From Polyangiales bacterium (GTDB lineage Bacteria > Myxococcota_A > Polyangia > Polyangiales > JADJQN01), in assembly GCA_964202905.1 (NCBI GenBank), contig CAXNJO010000002.1, forward strand, positions 288,001 through 352,000: a DNA stretch of 64,000 nt, read 5' to 3'. The notes below the pieces were generated by a model. The model ran no database searches and had not been told where the DNA came from. It saw only the letters and a list, made by a program, of their open reading frames with translations. This document shows positions 62,179 to 64,000 of the stretch, piece by piece. Position numbers and translations under genes: made by a program. The first letter of the stretch is position 1. Each line of letters starts with the position of its first letter.

Positions 62179-63000
62179 ATGACCTCCGCCGAACTCCCGC
62201 TGCCTCCCGTCCCGTCCGCCCGTCGCCTCGCGGGCGCACGCGCCCTCGTGACCGGCGGCACGAGCGGCATCGGGCGCGCCACCGCGCTTCGGTTTGCCGC
62301 CGAGGGTGCGCGCGTCGCCGTCACCGGGCGTCGCCGTGAGCGGCTCGCCGAGGTCGTCGCGGCCATCCGCGCGGCCGGCGGAGAGGCGCACGCGGTCGAG
62401 GCTGATCACACCATCGCCGACGACAACGCGCGCGCGGTCGCGGAGGTGACCGCAGCGCTCGGCGGCCTCGACACCCTCGTCAACGCCGCCGGCGTGATCG
62501 GCGCCGACAGCGTCCTCGAGCCCCGCCGCGACGAGTGGCGCCGCGTCCTCGACGTCAACCTCGAGGCGGTCTACGACCTCACGACACGCGCGGTGCCGCA
62601 CCTCGTCGCGAGCGCCTCCGAGGGCCGCTGCGCGAGCGTGGTCAACGTCTCGAGCATCACGGGGTTGCGTCCCTACGCAGGCCTCCTCTCGTACTGCACG
62701 AGCAAGGCGGCCCTCGACATGATGACCCAGGTCACCGCCCTCGAGCTCGCGCCGCGCGGGGTGAGGGTCAACGCCGTGAACCCGGGCGTCGTCGTCAGCG
62801 AGTTGCACACGGTCGCCGGCGCCGTAGCCGACTACGAAGCCTTCCTCGAGCGCGCGCGGCAGACCCACCCGCTCGGGCGCCCCGGCGCGCCCGCGGACGT
62901 CGCCGCGCTCATCGCGTTCCTCGCGAGCGCAGACGCGTCGTGGATCACCGGCGGACTGCACTCCGTCGACGGGGGCCGCGCCCTCACCTCGCTGCGCTGA
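62179..63000 (+). CDS. Classical short-chain dehydrogenase/reductase
   Basis: TGGTSGIG, LVNAAG, NVSS, YCTSK, VRVNAVNPG, WITG...VDGG. Confidence 0.95.
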   Translation: MTSAELPLPPVPSARRLAGARALVTGGTSGIGRATALRFAAEGARVAVTGRRRERLAEVVAAIRAAGGEAHAVEADHTIADDNARAVAEVTAALGGLDTLVNAAGVIGADSVLEPRRDEWRRVLDVNLEAVYDLTTRAVPHLVASASEGRCASVVNVSSITGLRPYAGLLSYCTSKAALDMMTQVTALELAPRGVRVNAVNPGVVVSELHTVAGAVADYEAFLERARQTHPLGRPGAPADVAALIAFLASADASWITGGLHSVDGGRALTSLR

Positions 63001-63014
63001 CCCCGGCGCGCGCG

Positions 63015-63674
63015 TCAGCCGTCGAAGCGCACGTTCTCGGCGAGCGGCGAGCGCGTCGTGCGCGTGTCGTTCACGGGCGCGCCGACGGCTTCGTAACCGA
63101 TCGCGATGCCGACGATCACGCCGATGTGCTCTTCCCACCCGAGCAGCGGCCGCACCGCGTCGGCCTGCGTCGCGAGGGCGGCCTGGGCGCAGGTCGCGAC
63201 CCCCTCCGCGGTCGCCGCGAGCAGCACCGACTGCAGCCAGCAGCCGAGATCGATGGCCGCGTACGGCATCATGCGGCGATCGACGCCGACCATCGCGATG
63301 TGCGGCGCGTCGAAGGCGCGGAAGTTCCGCAGCCACGCGTCGCGCCGTCCCTCATGGTCATCCCGCGCGACGCCCATCGCCGCGTAGAGCGCGACGCCGC
63401 ACTCCTTGCGGTGCCGCCCATACGGCTCGGGATACGCGCCCGGCCAAGGGAAATCGACCGACATGCCGCCCTCGAGCGCCGCCCCGTGGATCACGGCGCC
63501 GAGCGCCCGCGTGCGCTCACCCGAGGTCACGACGACGCGCCACGGCTGGATGTTGCACCACGAGGGCGCTCGCTGCGCCGCACCGAAGATGCGCTCGAGC
63601 ACCTCGCGTGGCACGGGCCGCGCCTCGAACCCACGCACGCTGCGCCGCTGCGCCAGAGCCTCGTAGACGTCCAT
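63015..63674 (-). CDS. Nitroreductase family protein
   Basis: RRSVRGF, APSWCNIQPW, NFRAFDAP, IDLGCWLQS, GIAIGY. Confidence 0.93.
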   Translation of the reverse strand: MDVYEALAQRRSVRGFEARPVPREVLERIFGAAQRAPSWCNIQPWRVVVTSGERTRALGAVIHGAALEGGMSVDFPWPGAYPEPYGRHRKECGVALYAAMGVARDDHEGRRDAWLRNFRAFDAPHIAMVGVDRRMMPYAAIDLGCWLQSVLLAATAEGVATCAQAALATQADAVRPLLGWEEHIGVIVGIAIGYEAVGAPVNDTRTTRSPLAENVRFDG

Positions 63675-63706
63675 GGCGCGCCAGCCTAGCAGCGGCGCGG
63701 CCGACG

Positions 63707-64000
63707 TCAGTTGATGCGGTTGAGGTTCATGCCCGCGGCGTACGCGTAGCTCACGAAGTCGTCGAAGCCGGTCACGATGACCGCGACGGGCAGATCCGAC
63801 AGCAGCGTGTGCACGCCGTCATCCTGATCGCCGTCCTCCACGCGCACGTTCGGCAGCCCGATGACGTCGGGGTAGCTCAGCTGGCAGCGGTGCACGACGT
63901 AGGTCGGCGGCGGATCGCCGGGGCGACGCTCGATGCCGTCGGCCGGGCTCGTCGTGCACTCCGCGGGCAGCGGCGCGCCGTCGAGCAGGATGCGCGCGGC
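63707..64000 (-). CDS. C-terminus of an IgGFc-binding-protein-like secreted protein (5' end outside the window)
   Basis: ...DGVHTLLSDLPVAVIVTGFDDFVSYAYAAGMNL.. matches the G-x-H...S..P....VxG.....SY.Y.AG end motif. Confidence 0.75.
   Translation of the reverse strand, partial: AARILLDGAPLPAECTTSPADGIERRPGDPPPTYVVHRCQLSYPDVIGLPNVRVEDGDQDDGVHTLLSDLPVAVIVTGFDDFVSYAYAAGMNLNRIN

Overview
Very high-GC, gene-dense bacterial chromosomal segment. Gene content points to Myxococcota, probably Polyangiales/Sandaracinaceae-like (inferred): eukaryote-type Ser/Thr kinases, an FHA protein, Cys-rich lipoproteins with Asp-Ala-Gly linkers, and an Fo-only atp cluster. It carries about 58 CDS. Housekeeping genes include serA, a D-2-hydroxyacid dehydrogenase, atpZ/I/B/E, hemL, argG, mfd, udk, upp, an S1-domain protein and a deoxyhypusine-synthase-like gene. 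There is a complete MoxR-DUF58-BatA/B/C/D/E operon, two PPIases/SurA, signalling proteins and many surface lipoproteins. I found no rRNA, tRNA, CRISPR array, integrase/transposase or recognisable defence system. At least 8 single-base indels break otherwise intact genes and create false fusions in the ORF track; these are most likely sequencing errors. Best leads: (1) an unannotated 44-aa Arg/Lys-rich gene with its own promoter, SD and terminator, a candidate lineage-specific ribosomal or nucleic-acid-binding protein; (2) a recurrent (TGn)TAnnnT box 8-12 nt before start codons lacking an SD, suggesting widespread (near-)leaderless mRNAs; (3) surface lipoproteins with eukaryote-like domains (integrin-beta-like vWA, C2) and shared acidic CGDDDR/DAG N-termini near a Bat/SurA/thioredoxin folding toolkit; (4) a MoaB-GNAT fusion. 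All functional calls come from motif recognition by eye, not database searches.
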